Of a stretch of DNA of 28,652 nucleotides, positions 9,890 to 19,426 are shown piece by piece. A program made the translations under genes and the position numbers. The DNA lies in NCBI GenBank assembly GCA_041742355.1, contig JBGSIV010000158.1, forward strand, positions 1 through 28,652, given 5' to 3'. Below the pieces are notes generated by a model, which was given only the letters and a program-made list of their open reading frames with translations, did not search any database and was not told where the DNA came from. Source of the stretch: Candidatus Zixiibacteriota bacterium. GTDB taxonomy: Bacteria > Zixibacteria > MSB-5A5 > GN15 > FEB-12. Each line of letters begins with the position of its first letter. The first letter of the stretch is position 1.

Positions 9890-10465
9890 ATGGCGAAAAA
9901 TCAACCGTGGACATTTCACCCGCTGACCGCCGACCGGTGGTCCGATTTTGAGGCGCTTTTCGGCGAGAAAGGCGCCTGTGGCGGCTGCTGGTGCATGCAC
10001 TGGCGGCTGCGCGGCAAAGCGTTCGACGAAGGCAAGGGGACCAAAAACAAACAGGCCATGAAGAAGCTGGTCACCGCCGGCGCCGAGCCGGGCATCCTCG
10101 CCTACGACAGCGACCGGCCGATCGGCTGGTGCGCGGTCGCCCCGCGCGAAAATTACGCCCGCCTGGAAAACTCCCGCTCGCTCCAGCCGATCGACAACAC
10201 GCCGGTCTGGTCGATTGTCTGCTTCTTCGTGAGCAAGGACTACCGGGGCAAAGGCGTAACGACTGCCCTAGCCAAAGAGGCCGTGCGGTTTGCCAAAGCG
10301 CGCGGTGCGACGATGGTCGAGGGGTATCCCTATGACTATCGCGGCAAAGCGGCGCTACCACCGCCGTTCGTATATACCGGGCTGATTCAGGCGTTTGAGA
10401 AGGCCGGATTCAAGGAAGTGGCGCGGCCCTCGAAAACCCGCGCGATCATGCGGAAGAAGGCGTAG
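9890..10465 (+). CDS. GNAT family N-acetyltransferase
   Basis: Motifs GACGGCWCMHWR, PIGWCAVAPR, WSIVCFFV, YRGKGVTTAL (acetyl-CoA motif A), VEGYP and FEKAGF. ATG 9890 was chosen over GTG 9851. Confidence 0.88.
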   Translation: MAKNQPWTFHPLTADRWSDFEALFGEKGACGGCWCMHWRLRGKAFDEGKGTKNKQAMKKLVTAGAEPGILAYDSDRPIGWCAVAPRENYARLENSRSLQPIDNTPVWSIVCFFVSKDYRGKGVTTALAKEAVRFAKARGATMVEGYPYDYRGKAALPPPFVYTGLIQAFEKAGFKEVARPSKTRAIMRKKA

Positions 10466-10483
10466 CGCTCCGGATTACCGGCC

Positions 10484-11998
10484 CTACTCCACCACCAGCC
10501 TGATCGGCCGCAGGTGGATCGCGTGCGCCCGCTCGGCGTTATCAAACACCGCCACCCCGAATTGGAACTCCCCCTTCAGGCGCAGATCGACCGGCGACCC
10601 GGTCGTCAATCCGCGCGTCAATTCAACCGTCCAGACTCCCTCGCGCCACACCCCGCGCGCTTCGATATCCCCCCGGTCACCGCTCGTCGGCGCCACCAGC
10701 ACCGCCGGTATCAGGCTTCCGATCGAAAACGTATCGGCCAAATCGCTGTAAGGCTCATACCCCGGCGAGCCGTACAACAGCCAATCCCGGAAGATCCGGT
10801 GGGAGGGCACGAAATAGGGGGCGCGCAGAAGGCTGTCCAAATTTTCCCGGTATCCTCCGGCGGCACGATTGTCAAAACGCCTCCCCCCCATCGGCGGACC
10901 ATTGTCTCTCACCCAGTACCGATCGTCCGCCTCGGCGGTCGGATTGGTACTCACCGCTTTCCACACCCAGACATCGGCAGTGTCCCCCCCCGTGTAGTGC
11001 AGGCCGACCCCTGCACCTTCCGCGAGGTGACAGCTGGCGCGACATGACTGGCTGCGGCTGAAATAGAGCGCCGCCTGATCCTCGTAGTAGATGTCTTCCC
11101 CGAGCGGCCCGGCAAACGCCGACCGCACCGGCATCCACCCGCTGTCGGTCTTCACCAGGTGGCGATTGAACGACCGCGTGTCATCTGCCCAGCGCAGCAG
11201 GAAGTAGATATCCCGCCCCGAACGAAAGCTCTTCACCATCACCGTCGCCGCGCTGTACGTGAGATTGGCCCCCCCGTGGGTCTGCACGACGATCGAATCG
11301 ATCCCCTCCCACTCCGCCTCCATCGCGTAGCCGTCAACCGACACCTCCCGGCTCATCTCCCGGCAGACGAGCACTTGCGGCTGAGCCATGAACTGCCGAA
11401 AGGCCATCGCACCCACGACCGCCAACGCCGCCGCGATCAGCATCGCCGGCCAGTGGACAAACCCGATAAAGCGCCGCCCGAAAAACATGACGTTTATCCG
11501 CGTTCGACGGGACATGATCACTTCGGCCGTATGCAGAAGCAGAAACAGCGCGAGCAACCGGAAGCTCCACTGGTGCACAAAGCTGTTGAACAGGTAGCCC
11601 GGCCCCTCGCTGTATAGGCCCGTGAAAATCGAGAAACCCGAAATAATCGCCGCCATCCCCAGCACAAAGACGGCGAAGTACGTGATTTTTTTGAGAAAGG
11701 AGTACTCGTGCCGGTGAAAGAGATTGGTCAGGCGACGGCCCTCCCCCGTAAAGAGGAGATAAAAAGAATAGAATAGGCCAACCGCCCCGAAGAGCGTCCC
11801 CAATATCGCATGCTGATCATACACCCCCCCCGAGGGGGTGATCGCATCCACCACCGGCCGCACCGCCGGTTCCACCCAGTCCTTCCCCAGCCACCAGGCG
11901 AGACGCAGACCGGTAGCCGTCAGCAGAATGAAAAGGACCGTGGCCAGCCCGTGGGCAATCCGCACGGGAAGGCTGATATTGGGATCGGGACGCGCCAT
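10484..11998 (-). CDS. Membrane protein fusing a cytochrome b-like TM domain to an ethylbenzene-dehydrogenase-related (EB_dh/DOMON-like) heme domain
   Basis: Four TM-associated His (RIAHG, DQHAILG, FVHQW, LLHTA) and a fifth TM helix. These are followed by SVDG..EW, IYFLLRWAD, YEDQAAL, CRASCH, DVWVWKA and GVWREGVWTVELTRGL. Start is uncertain (ATG 11998 or TTG 12082). Confidence 0.72.
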   Translation of the reverse strand: MARPDPNISLPVRIAHGLATVLFILLTATGLRLAWWLGKDWVEPAVRPVVDAITPSGGVYDQHAILGTLFGAVGLFYSFYLLFTGEGRRLTNLFHRHEYSFLKKITYFAVFVLGMAAIISGFSIFTGLYSEGPGYLFNSFVHQWSFRLLALFLLLHTAEVIMSRRTRINVMFFGRRFIGFVHWPAMLIAAALAVVGAMAFRQFMAQPQVLVCREMSREVSVDGYAMEAEWEGIDSIVVQTHGGANLTYSAATVMVKSFRSGRDIYFLLRWADDTRSFNRHLVKTDSGWMPVRSAFAGPLGEDIYYEDQAALYFSRSQSCRASCHLAEGAGVGLHYTGGDTADVWVWKAVSTNPTAEADDRYWVRDNGPPMGGRRFDNRAAGGYRENLDSLLRAPYFVPSHRIFRDWLLYGSPGYEPYSDLADTFSIGSLIPAVLVAPTSGDRGDIEARGVWREGVWTVELTRGLTTGSPVDLRLKGEFQFGVAVFDNAERAHAIHLRPIRLVVE

Positions 11999-12239
11999 AC
12001 CGCAATAATCGCGCACCGCCCCGGTTTGTGCCAGCAGAATCCTCGACCGCCGCGACTCGAAAATTGTGCTGGAGTATTTCAAAAACTAGACATATGTTAA
12101 ACTATGCAGGGGGCGATGTACCGCATCGCCAATTCCTCATTGTGACTGTATGTCGCGATCGCGACACGTTTCCCGGCTGGCCGAGGACGCGGACCTTTCG
12201 CCGCACCTTTGGCCCTGCATCACAGCAAGGAGCCAACGT

Positions 12240-12830
12240 ATGAACCTTCTGCATCCATCGGATGCACGCCGCCAGATCGAAGAACTCCAGCAGGAGTTGA
12301 CCGACAAGCGCAAACTGCTGCGTGATCTTCGACGCACGTTTCAGCCGGAGCCGGTTACCGGGGCATATGCCTTTCGCGGGCCGGACGGCGCCACGGCCAC
12401 GCTGGCGGACCTCTTCCTCGGTCGTCGTGAACTGATCATGATCCACAACATGGGCAAGGGCTGCCACTACTGCATGCTCTGGGCCGACGGATTCAACGGC
12501 CTCACTCCCCATTTCGAAAACCGCGCCGCCTTCGTCGTGGTCTCACCCGATTCTCCTGAGGTTCAACAGGAGTATGCGGCATCGCGCGGCTGGCGCTTCA
12601 CCATGTGGTCCGCAGGGCAGGAGTTCCTCCGGGACATGAAGATGGCCGACGAGCACGGTTCCGCCTGGCCGGGCGTCTCCAACTTCCTGCGCCGTGATGA
12701 CGGCGTCATTCTCCGCACCGGCTACGACTACTTCGGGCCGGGGGATGACTACTGCTCGATCTGGCACGTGCTTGATCTGTTCCCCGAAGGCGCGGGGGGC
12801 TGGGAACCGAAACAGCACTACGACAGGTAG
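12240..12830 (+). CDS. DUF899 family thioredoxin-like protein
   Basis: ATG 12240 follows AAGGAG. Motifs TLADLFLGRRELIMIHNM, CHYCMLWADGFNG, RGWRF, PGVS and WHVLDLFPEG. Confidence 0.85.
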   Translation: MNLLHPSDARRQIEELQQELTDKRKLLRDLRRTFQPEPVTGAYAFRGPDGATATLADLFLGRRELIMIHNMGKGCHYCMLWADGFNGLTPHFENRAAFVVVSPDSPEVQQEYAASRGWRFTMWSAGQEFLRDMKMADEHGSAWPGVSNFLRRDDGVILRTGYDYFGPGDDYCSIWHVLDLFPEGAGGWEPKQHYDR

Positions 12831-12875
12831 CGCAGTCGAAGCAGCCACAGGCCGGTCGCCCAACTGCCTGCCGCC

Positions 12876-13143
12876 GCCTTATGAGTCGCCCCCAGCTTGC
12901 TGCCGCCTCTTGAGTACCCCACAGCTTGCTGTGGGATCCCAAGGGGACATAGCCTCTTGAGTCGCCCACAGCTTGCTGTGGGATCCCGAGGGGTCATATA
13001 GCCTTATGAGTACCCCACAGCTTGCTGTGGGATCGGGGAGATGAACAGGGTCAGATGAACAGGTAACCCGCAGCTCTGCTGCGGGCAGCTCGATACAAAT
13101 GCTCTTCTTGCAAGCCGGGTCGCCCCCAGCTTGCTGTGGGATC
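12876..13143 (+). repeat. Tandem array of CCCACAGC-TT-GCTGTGGG hairpin repeats
   Basis: Units start at 12876 (truncated), 12905, 12952 and 13001 (periods 29, 47, 49). A further copy lies at 13119-13143 and a variant CCCGCAGC-TCT-GCTGCGGG at 13067-13085. Confidence 0.9.
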
Positions 13144-13254
13144 AGTGGAGTGAAGAGAACGATTAGGGCCGGAGTCCCCAGACTCCTGCCACCGACCCGG
13201 ACCGCACGCCCATACGCTGCTATTGCGGACGCAGCGACCCTATCTCCCACCCGA

Positions 13255-13668
13255 CAAAATCGACAGCAAACTGATGGAGATTGCCCCATGGTCCACAGTA
13301 AGTATAAGACAGAGTGTACGGAAGCTGGGAGGCAATGTGTCGGCAGAAGGAGAGTCCACGTGTCGGCAAGAGGACTGTGAGGCAAGCATGGAAAGACACC
13401 GGAGAGCTTTGAACGCACACGGGAAACCGCGCAAACGAACCCAATTGCGACCAGCGGGGCCTGTATCTGTCAGCCCGGCTTTTCTTCTGTCATCCCGGCT
13501 TTTCTTCTGTCAGCCCGGCGGAGGCCGGGCTCCAGTCACGCCCAGGTCTACCGTAAGCCGAGATTACCAAACGAACCCTATTCATGGAAAGATGTAGGTC
13601 AGGCCGCCTGCGGCCTAACGGCGACACAAACACGCAACCGGGAAACTGCGCAAACGAACCCAATCCCC
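13255..13668 (+). repeat. Modular non-coding element, copy 1 (leader A + modules B, C, D, each module ending CAAACGAACCCWAT)
   Basis: 13266-13317 is identical to 27871-27922. Motif at 13432, 13568 and 13651. Modules align to copy 2. Confidence 0.9.
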
Positions 13669-13732
13669 GGTGGCTCACCATTCATGGTGGGTTGCTCTCA
13701 GGATCAGAGCAGGAGGACAGAGCACGGTGTGC

Positions 13733-13811
13733 GAACAGGTAACCCGCAGCTCTGCTGCGGGAAGCCCGATACAAGTACTCTTCGTGCAGGTCAGGCTCCT
13801 CGGAGCCTGAC
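13733..13811 (+). repeat. Direct repeat of 13057-13112 followed by a REP-like hairpin
   Basis: GAACAGGTAACCCGCAGCTCTGCTGCGGG is exact at 13057 and 13733, with similarity over about 56 bp. It is followed by GCAG-GTCAGGCTCC-TC-GGAGCCTGAC. Confidence 0.88.
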
Positions 13812-13840
13812 CCCGCCTTCCGTACTTCGAAACCGATCCC

Positions 13841-14191
13841 CTACATCTCCGGTTGCGTGAGATCCGTCTTCCGGCGGCGCAATGTGCTCATAAGCTGGGC
13901 GAGCTTTTTGTCGGGGATAGCCGTCCAGCTCTCCACCTGGAACATCCGGTCCGCCCCGCACAACAGCGAGACCTTGGCGGCACTCTCCTCGTCGGGGGCC
14001 TCGTAGATATCCATGAAATCATACGGCCCCAGCAGCGCGTAGTGGGCCAGGAACCGGACCTCGGGACAGTGCTCCTTGACATCTCTGATCCACCGCCGCC
14101 CGGTCTCGTCGAGCGTTTGCATCTTGGCGGCGACCTCGACCAGGCTCGGGCCCTGCGGACAGAGCTTCGACATGACGACAAAGGTCTTCAT
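13841..14191 (-). CDS. GYD domain-containing protein (paralogue 2)
   Basis: ATG 14191 follows GGAGGT. HYALLGPYDFMDIYEAPDEESAAKVS is clearly homologous to 9554..9850. Confidence 0.85.
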   Translation of the reverse strand: MKTFVVMSKLCPQGPSLVEVAAKMQTLDETGRRWIRDVKEHCPEVRFLAHYALLGPYDFMDIYEAPDEESAAKVSLLCGADRMFQVESWTAIPDKKLAQLMSTLRRRKTDLTQPEM

Positions 14192-14437
14192 CGCGACCTC
14201 CGATCGGTAAGGGTTATATCGGCCGTCGATGATGTCTGTCGCGGTGCGGCGCAAGTTCAGTAGAATGCTGTCGATTGATCGTGCGGATGGCCCCGGGCGG
14301 AGGACGATGGTGTCGGGAAAGCTGCCCGGACGGTCACCGCTCCTGAAAGCAATATAGCACAGGAAATGGATTTTTCGCTACATGATTCGCGCAATTAATC
14401 GCGCCCTTCGTGAGGCCGAATATGGCGCCCCGCTCGG

Positions 14438-14475
14438 AGAAAAAGTTGTGCCCGGCGCGAAGGGACGCCGGGCAC
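14438..14475 (-). terminator. Candidate intrinsic terminator (minus strand)
   Basis: 10-bp stem GTGCCCGGCG/CGCCGGGCAC (14448-14475), followed on the minus strand by AACTTTTT. Confidence 0.5.
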
Positions 14476-14668
14476 GGTATGGTCGGCCTCTGCGATGAGA
14501 GGTGCTTGGTGAATGGGTGGCGGATCCCGCTGCTGGACCGCCGTTGACCCGGAGGCTGCAGGTCAAACAGGAGTCGAGTCTTTTTCAGCGAGCCCGGGCC
14601 GTTTAGAGCCCGGGCGGCGCTGCTTTCATCCCTGAAAGGACCTCTGCTCCATCAGGTCCTAAAAATCT

Positions 14669-15089
14669 GTCTGCCGTACAAGTCTCTTGTAGGTCAGGCT
14701 CCTTGGAGCCTGACTCTTGCATCGCGTGAACCTAACCCCGTCTGCCGTACAGGTCCTCTTCTTGTAGGTCAGGACCCTCGTGGTCCTGACATTGTCCTGC
14801 ACAAACCTCCTGACTCAACGCCAACGTCTGGATACTGTCATCCCGGGCTTGACCCGGGATCCAGTCCCCTCTGATCGTGGTGTCAGGCGACGCTACCTGA
14901 CACCATCCTATTCCTGTACCACGGACACGCCCCGCGTACCCGTGCGTGGTGTCAGGCGACCCCGCCTGACACCGCGGCAGTACACGACCGTCCGCTGCGG
15001 AACAGAAACCGACACCACCGTGCGCGGCACATGTCCACATGTGCCGCTATCTTCTCTGGTCGTGGTGTCAGGCGACCCCGCCTGACACC
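14669..15089 (+). repeat. Cluster of REP-like palindromes of several families downstream of nrdJ
   Basis: GTAG-hairpins at 14689-14714 and 14764-14790. GTCATCCCGGGCTTGACCCGGGATCCAGT at 14837-14865. Three CGTGGTGTCAGGCG...CCTGACACC copies at 14876, 14945 and 15061. GCGGCACATGT-CC-ACATGTGCCGC at about 15024-15047. Confidence 0.9.
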
Positions 15090-15105
15090 CCCTCGAACCT
15101 ACTCC

Positions 15106-18100
15106 TCATGAACACCCGCTGGTCGATCCGCAGGTGTCACACTTGAGACAGGTGCCGTTACGAACCATGGTGAACTGCCCGCACTCAGAGCACATATCGC
15201 CTTCGTAACCCTTGAGGCGCGCAGCGCTGATCTGACGCTGTAGTCTCTGTGACTCTGTGCCGACACGATTCGGTCCTGCTGTCGCGGCGACATACTCAAG
15301 CACCGTTTCCTTTGCAGGCTGCGCATTTGCAGCCTGATGCGCCAGCGGTTTACCATGTCCGTTTCCTCCGGTTGCAGGGTGGTGGGCACCTTTGCCGTTG
15401 CCGTTTCCATGGCCGTTGCCGTTCCCGCCCAGGTGCAGGTCGAGGTGATCGGAGTGGATATCGTCCTCCATGCGCATGCCGCTGGCGCCGTGATCGACCG
15501 ATTCTTCCGCAATGAATTCGGCCGTTTCCTCGGCGGGTACGCCGATGGCGTCGTGGCGAAGGTCGTCATCCGAAACCTGGGCGAGATCGTGCCGCGAGAG
15601 GTAGGTAATCGCCAGCTCGCGGAAAATATAGTCAATGATGGAAGTGGCGCGTTTGATCGCCTTGTTGCCGCGAACAAAACCGTTGGGCTCGAAGCGCGAG
15701 AAGAGGAAAGCCTCGACATACTCCTCCAGCGGCACACCGTGCTGCAGGCCGAGCGAGACCGCGATAGCAAAGCTGTTCATGAGCGAGCGGAAGGCGGCCC
15801 CTTCGCGGTGCATGTCGACGAAAATCTCGCCGAGCGTGCCGTCGGAGTACTCCCCGGTCCTCAGGTAAATCTTGTGGCCGCCGACCACCGCCTTCTGCGT
15901 GTACCCGGCGCGGCGGTTGGGCAGTTTGCGCCGACGGGCCAGGTAGCGGTAGACGATCTTGCGGGCGGCCTTTTCGGCCACACTTTCAACCGAGAGGTGC
16001 TGCAGATCCTCTTCCTCGTCCTCGTCAAGCAGCGCGGCCGACAGCGGCTGGCTGAGCTTCGAGCCGTCGCGGTAAATCGCGATCGCCTTGTTCATCGTCT
16101 CCCAGGCCAGGCGGTACGCCCGCTTGACATCCTCGAGCGTCGCTTCGGCAGGCATGTTGATGGTCTTGGAGATCGCGCCGCTGATGAACGGCTGGGCGGA
16201 CGCCATCATACGGATATGAGCCTCGAAACTGATGAAGCGGCGGCCCTTCTTGCCGCAGCGGTTGGCGCAGTCAAAGATGGCGAGGTGCTTTTCATCGATA
16301 TCGGGCGCGCCCTCGAGCGTCATCGTCCCGCAGCAGTACTCGTTGGCGGCGTCGATCTGGTCTTTCGTGAAACCCAGTTCGCGGAGCAGGCTGAAATTCC
16401 AGTCGTTGAACTGGTCGTCGGACATGCTCAGCGTGTCGCGCAGGAACTCCTCGCCGAGGGTGTATTTGTTGAAGGCGAACGAAATGTCGAAGACGTCGCC
16501 CAGCCCGGCCTCTATCCTGGCCAGCTCGTCGTCGCCAAATCCTTTGGCCCGGAGCGACTCGTGGTTGATGAACGGCGCCCCTTTGAGGGTCTTGTGGCCG
16601 GTGGCGTAATTGATGATATCTTCGATCTGGGGCTCGCTGTAGCCGAGTCTCTTGAGGGCGATCGGGACGGAGTTGTTGATGATCTTGAAATAGCCGCCGC
16701 CGGCGAGCTTCTTGAACTTCACGAGCGAGAAGTCCGGCTCGATCCCGGTGGTGTCGCAGTCCATGACCAACCCGATCGTGCCGGTCGGCGCGATCACCGT
16801 CACCTGCGCATTGCGGAAGCCGTGGGTGTCGCCCAGTTCGATCGCCTTGTCCCAAACCTTGCGGGCGGTCTGAACGAGAGTCTCGGAGATGTAATTGGGG
16901 TTGATACCGATCGGCTTGACCGTCAGCCCTTCATACTCCGAGCGGTCGGCGTTGTAGGCGGCGCGGCGGTGGTTGCGGATAACCCGCAACATGTGTTCGC
17001 GGTTGCGCCAGAAGCCGGGGAAGGGCCCCAGCTCGCGGGCCATCTCGGCCGACGTAACGTACGCTTCGCCGGTGAGCATCGCCGTGAGCGCCCCGCACCA
17101 AGTGTAAGCCTCGGGGGAGTCGTACGGAATCCCCATGCGCATCAGGAGCGTGCCCAGATTGGCGTAGCCCAGCCCAAGTGTGCGGAATTCGTAGCTCCTC
17201 TGGGCGATCGGGCGCGACGGGTACGAGGCCATGAGCACGGAAATCTCCAGGACGATCGTCCACAGCCGGGCCGCATGGAGGTAGCCCTCGATATCGAACG
17301 TGCCGTCCTCCCGGACAAACTTGACTAGGTTGATCGAGGCGAGGTTGCACGCCGTGTCGTCGAGGAACATGTACTCCGAGCACGGATTGGACGCATTGAT
17401 ACGACCGTCGTCCGGGCAGGTATGCCATTCGTTGATGGTGGTATCGAACTGCACGCCCGGATCGGCGCACGACCAGGCGGCGTGGCAGACCTTTTCCCAG
17501 AGCTCGGCGGCCGGAAGTCTGCGCGCGACGGAGCCGTCGGTCCGTCGGAGCAGCTCCCAGTCGCCCCCCTCTTTGAGTCGCTCAAAGAAGCTGTTGGGGA
17601 TGCGAACGGAGTTATTGGAGTTCTGCCCGGAAACGGTGGCGTACGCTTCGCCTTCCCAGTTGGTGTCGAGCTGGATGAAGTCGATCTCGCCGACACCCTG
17701 GCGAAGCAGGTCGAGGACTTTCTTGATGTAGGCCTGGGGCACGGCGAACCGCCGGGCCACCCGCAGGCTCTCTTTGAGGGCGGCGTTTTTCGCCGGGTCG
17801 CTCTCGTACACCGAGTCGCCGTTGGCGCCGGAAATGCGCGCGGCGTCGATGATCGCGTGCAACTGATCGCGGATCAGCTTCGAGCCGGCCACCATCGTGG
17901 CGACCTTCTGCTCCTCGGTCACCTTCCACGCGATAAACTGGAGAATATCCGGATGGTCGAGGTCGAGCGTGACCATCTTGGCGGCGCGACGGGTCGTGCC
18001 GCCCGATTTGATCGCGCCGGCCGCCCGGTCGCCGATCTTCAGGAACGACATCAGCCCCGAGGAACAGCCGCCGCCGGACAACGGCTCGCCCAGACTGCGC

Positions 18101-18765
18101 AGGCGCGAGAAATTGGTGCCGGTGCCGGAGCCGTACTTGAACAGCCGCGCCTCGCGCACCCACAGATCCATAATCCCGCCCTCGTTCACCAGGTCGTCGT
18201 TGATCGACTGAATGAAGCAGGCGTGCGGCTGCGGACGCTCGTACGCGTTTTTCGTTTCGGTGAGGATATGAGTGTCCTCATCGACATAGTAGTGTCCCTG
18301 GGCCGGCCCGGTGATGCCGTGGGCCCAGTTGAGGCCGGTGTTGAACCACTGCGGCGAATTGGGCGCGGCAATTTGGGCGGCGAGCATGTAGCAGAGCTCA
18401 TCATAGAACGCTTTCGAATCATTCTCGTCGCCGAAATAGCCGTGCTTCTCACCCCAGTAGGTCCAGCAGCCGGCGAGACGGTGAAACACCTGGCGGGCAT
18501 CTGACTCACTCCCGGTCTTCTGCCGGCCCTTCTCATCCAGTACCGGATTGCCCCGCTCGTCCTTCTGCGGCACACCGGCTTTCCGGAAATACTTCTGAGC
18601 CAGAATATCGACCGCCACCTGCGACCACGTTTCCGGTACGTGAATGTCCTTCAGCTCGAAAACCACCGACCCGTCCGGGTTGACGATCTTCGAGGTGCGG
18701 GCAGCGAAGGGGATCCGGCTGTATGGTGACTCGCCGTCACGCGTAAAATAGCGCTGAATATTCAA
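15106..18765 (-). CDS. nrdJ: Adenosylcobalamin-dependent (class II) ribonucleotide reductase with TSCPD domain and C-terminal Cys cluster
   Basis: Motifs [98 protein letters not shown] and [11 protein letters not shown]. Ends [22 protein letters not shown] start lies 7 nt after GGAGGT. Confidence 0.96.
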   Translation of the reverse strand: MNIQRYFTRDGESPYSRIPFAARTSKIVNPDGSVVFELKDIHVPETWSQVAVDILAQKYFRKAGVPQKDERGNPVLDEKGRQKTGSESDARQVFHRLAGCWTYWGEKHGYFGDENDSKAFYDELCYMLAAQIAAPNSPQWFNTGLNWAHGITGPAQGHYYVDEDTHILTETKNAYERPQPHACFIQSINDDLVNEGGIMDLWVREARLFKYGSGTGTNFSRLRSLGEPLSGGGCSSGLMSFLKIGDRAAGAIKSGGTTRRAAKMVTLDLDHPDILQFIAWKVTEEQKVATMVAGSKLIRDQLHAIIDAARISGANGDSVYESDPAKNAALKESLRVARRFAVPQAYIKKVLDLLRQGVGEIDFIQLDTNWEGEAYATVSGQNSNNSVRIPNSFFERLKEGGDWELLRRTDGSVARRLPAAELWEKVCHAAWSCADPGVQFDTTINEWHTCPDDGRINASNPCSEYMFLDDTACNLASINLVKFVREDGTFDIEGYLHAARLWTIVLEISVLMASYPSRPIAQRSYEFRTLGLGYANLGTLLMRMGIPYDSPEAYTWCGALTAMLTGEAYVTSAEMARELGPFPGFWRNREHMLRVIRNHRRAAYNADRSEYEGLTVKPIGINPNYISETLVQTARKVWDKAIELGDTHGFRNAQVTVIAPTGTIGLVMDCDTTGIEPDFSLVKFKKLAGGGYFKIINNSVPIALKRLGYSEPQIEDIINYATGHKTLKGAPFINHESLRAKGFGDDELARIEAGLGDVFDISFAFNKYTLGEEFLRDTLSMSDDQFNDWNFSLLRELGFTKDQIDAANEYCCGTMTLEGAPDIDEKHLAIFDCANRCGKKGRRFISFEAHIRMMASAQPFISGAISKTINMPAEATLEDVKRAYRLAWETMNKAIAIYRDGSKLSQPLSAALLDEDEEEDLQHLSVESVAEKAARKIVYRYLARRRKLPNRRAGYTQKAVVGGHKIYLRTGEYSDGTLGEIFVDMHREGAAFRSLMNSFAIAVSLGLQHGVPLEEYVEAFLFSRFEPNGFVRGNKAIKRATSIIDYIFRELAITYLSRHDLAQVSDDDLRHDAIGVPAEETAEFIAEESVDHGASGMRMEDDIHSDHLDLHLGGNGNGHGNGNGKGAHHPATGGNGHGKPLAHQAANAQPAKETVLEYVAATAGPNRVGTESQRLQRQISAARLKGYEGDMCSECGQFTMVRNGTCLKCDTCGSTSGCS

Positions 18766-18932
18766 ACGTCATACCTCCTGCAGCGTCCTGCTTCTCGTCC
18801 TCGGGCTGCGTCCATGCGTTGACTCGAGGCCTGGCTCGTTGGCGGTTTCACTCTGGCTGTATGCCCCACTTGCTTTGTTGTTTCGGCAGCCGCGTGGCAG
18901 ACAGCGTCCCGAGTGCGTCTGCTCCACGGTGA

Positions 18933-18979
18933 CCCCAAGATATAGGGGCTCCTTTTTGTCAAGCTACCAAAAATGGTGT
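18933..18979. promoter_or_regulatory. Tandem NrdR boxes upstream of nrdJ
   Basis: CCCCAAGATATAGGGG (18933-18948) and the weaker CTACCAAAAATGGTGT (18964-18979) resemble acaCwAtATaTwGtgt. Starts are 31 bp apart, with a minus-strand TTGACA between them. Confidence 0.75.
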
Positions 18980-19309
18980 TTTTCTTTCAAAAATCATATG
19001 CTCTTGCTAGTCAAGAGCCTGCATTGTGGGATCGTCGAATCTACATTTCGGCAGCCAATTCCATATGGTTCTTCTGAAAAAATTAAGATCCGTAACGCTT
19101 TGATGTACAAGGACGTACGGCGGGTGTAGGTTTTTATCGATTTCACTCACGGATCTCATATAAAATATACGTACGCTCAAAATATGTATTTGCAACGCAT
19201 TACGAAGAACTCAACAAGCAATCAACACGTTGCCCACATGTAGTGTTGATAAGTCTCGCCGGCGCCCGCCCGAAGGTCCATTTTTTTGAGAAAAGAACGC
19301 ATTTTTGCC

Positions 19310-19338
19310 TTGACAAAAAAAGGCTTCTGCGTTAATTT
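19310..19338 (+). promoter_or_regulatory. Sigma70-type promoter driving a candidate small RNA
   Basis: TTGACA-17 nt-TAATTT with an AT-rich upstream region. Confidence 0.65.
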
Positions 19339-19344
19339 GCGAGT

Positions 19345-19426
19345 GCAATCGGAAAGTGTTACTCTTTCTGTGGATTACCTAATATCGTCCACCCAGGCAG
19401 GATTCGTCCCCTGCTTGGGTTTTTTA
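19345..19426 (+). ncRNA. Candidate ~80-nt small RNA or attenuated leader (family unknown)
   Basis: Bracketed by the promoter at 19310-19338 and the terminator at 19391-19429. No credible ORF inside. Confidence 0.4.

Noticed and set aside
12876..13034. CRISPR-like array of palindromic repeats
   Set aside because: The intervening sequences are about 13-15 bp and nearly identical to each other, the repeats vary internally, and no cas genes are present. This is a tandem hairpin repeat.
12879..13681. ORFs across the repeat element (e.g. 13099..13380, 13223..13597, and counterparts 27641..27934, 27819..28088)
   Set aside because: Shared peptides merely reflect the DNA repeat. Frames, starts and lengths are not preserved between copies, and the motif falls in different frames.
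14620..14660. Hammerhead ribozyme on the minus strand (CTGATG..GAAA)
   Set aside because: The core reads CTGATGG rather than CTGANGA, and the stem arrangement does not fit.
14876..15089. Three 29-bp palindromic repeats resembling a mini-CRISPR
   Set aside because: Spacers are 40 and 87 bp, and the longer one contains another palindrome. The repeats are embedded among other REP-like families, with no AT-rich leader and no cas genes.
15337..18504. Long plus-strand ORFs 15337..17328 and 17422..18504
   Set aside because: Antisense shadows of nrdJ.
15106..18765. Intein or intron in nrdJ
   Set aside because: The catalytic motifs are contiguous with no C..HN/C splice signature. The extra length is explained by the usual insertions, the TSCPD domain and the linker.
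18770..18930. Cobalamin riboswitch in the nrdJ leader
   Set aside because: A hairpin is present, but there are no recognisable B12-element motifs (GGGAA..GGTG.AA.TCC, GCCCCCGC.ACTGT). NrdR boxes explain the regulation.
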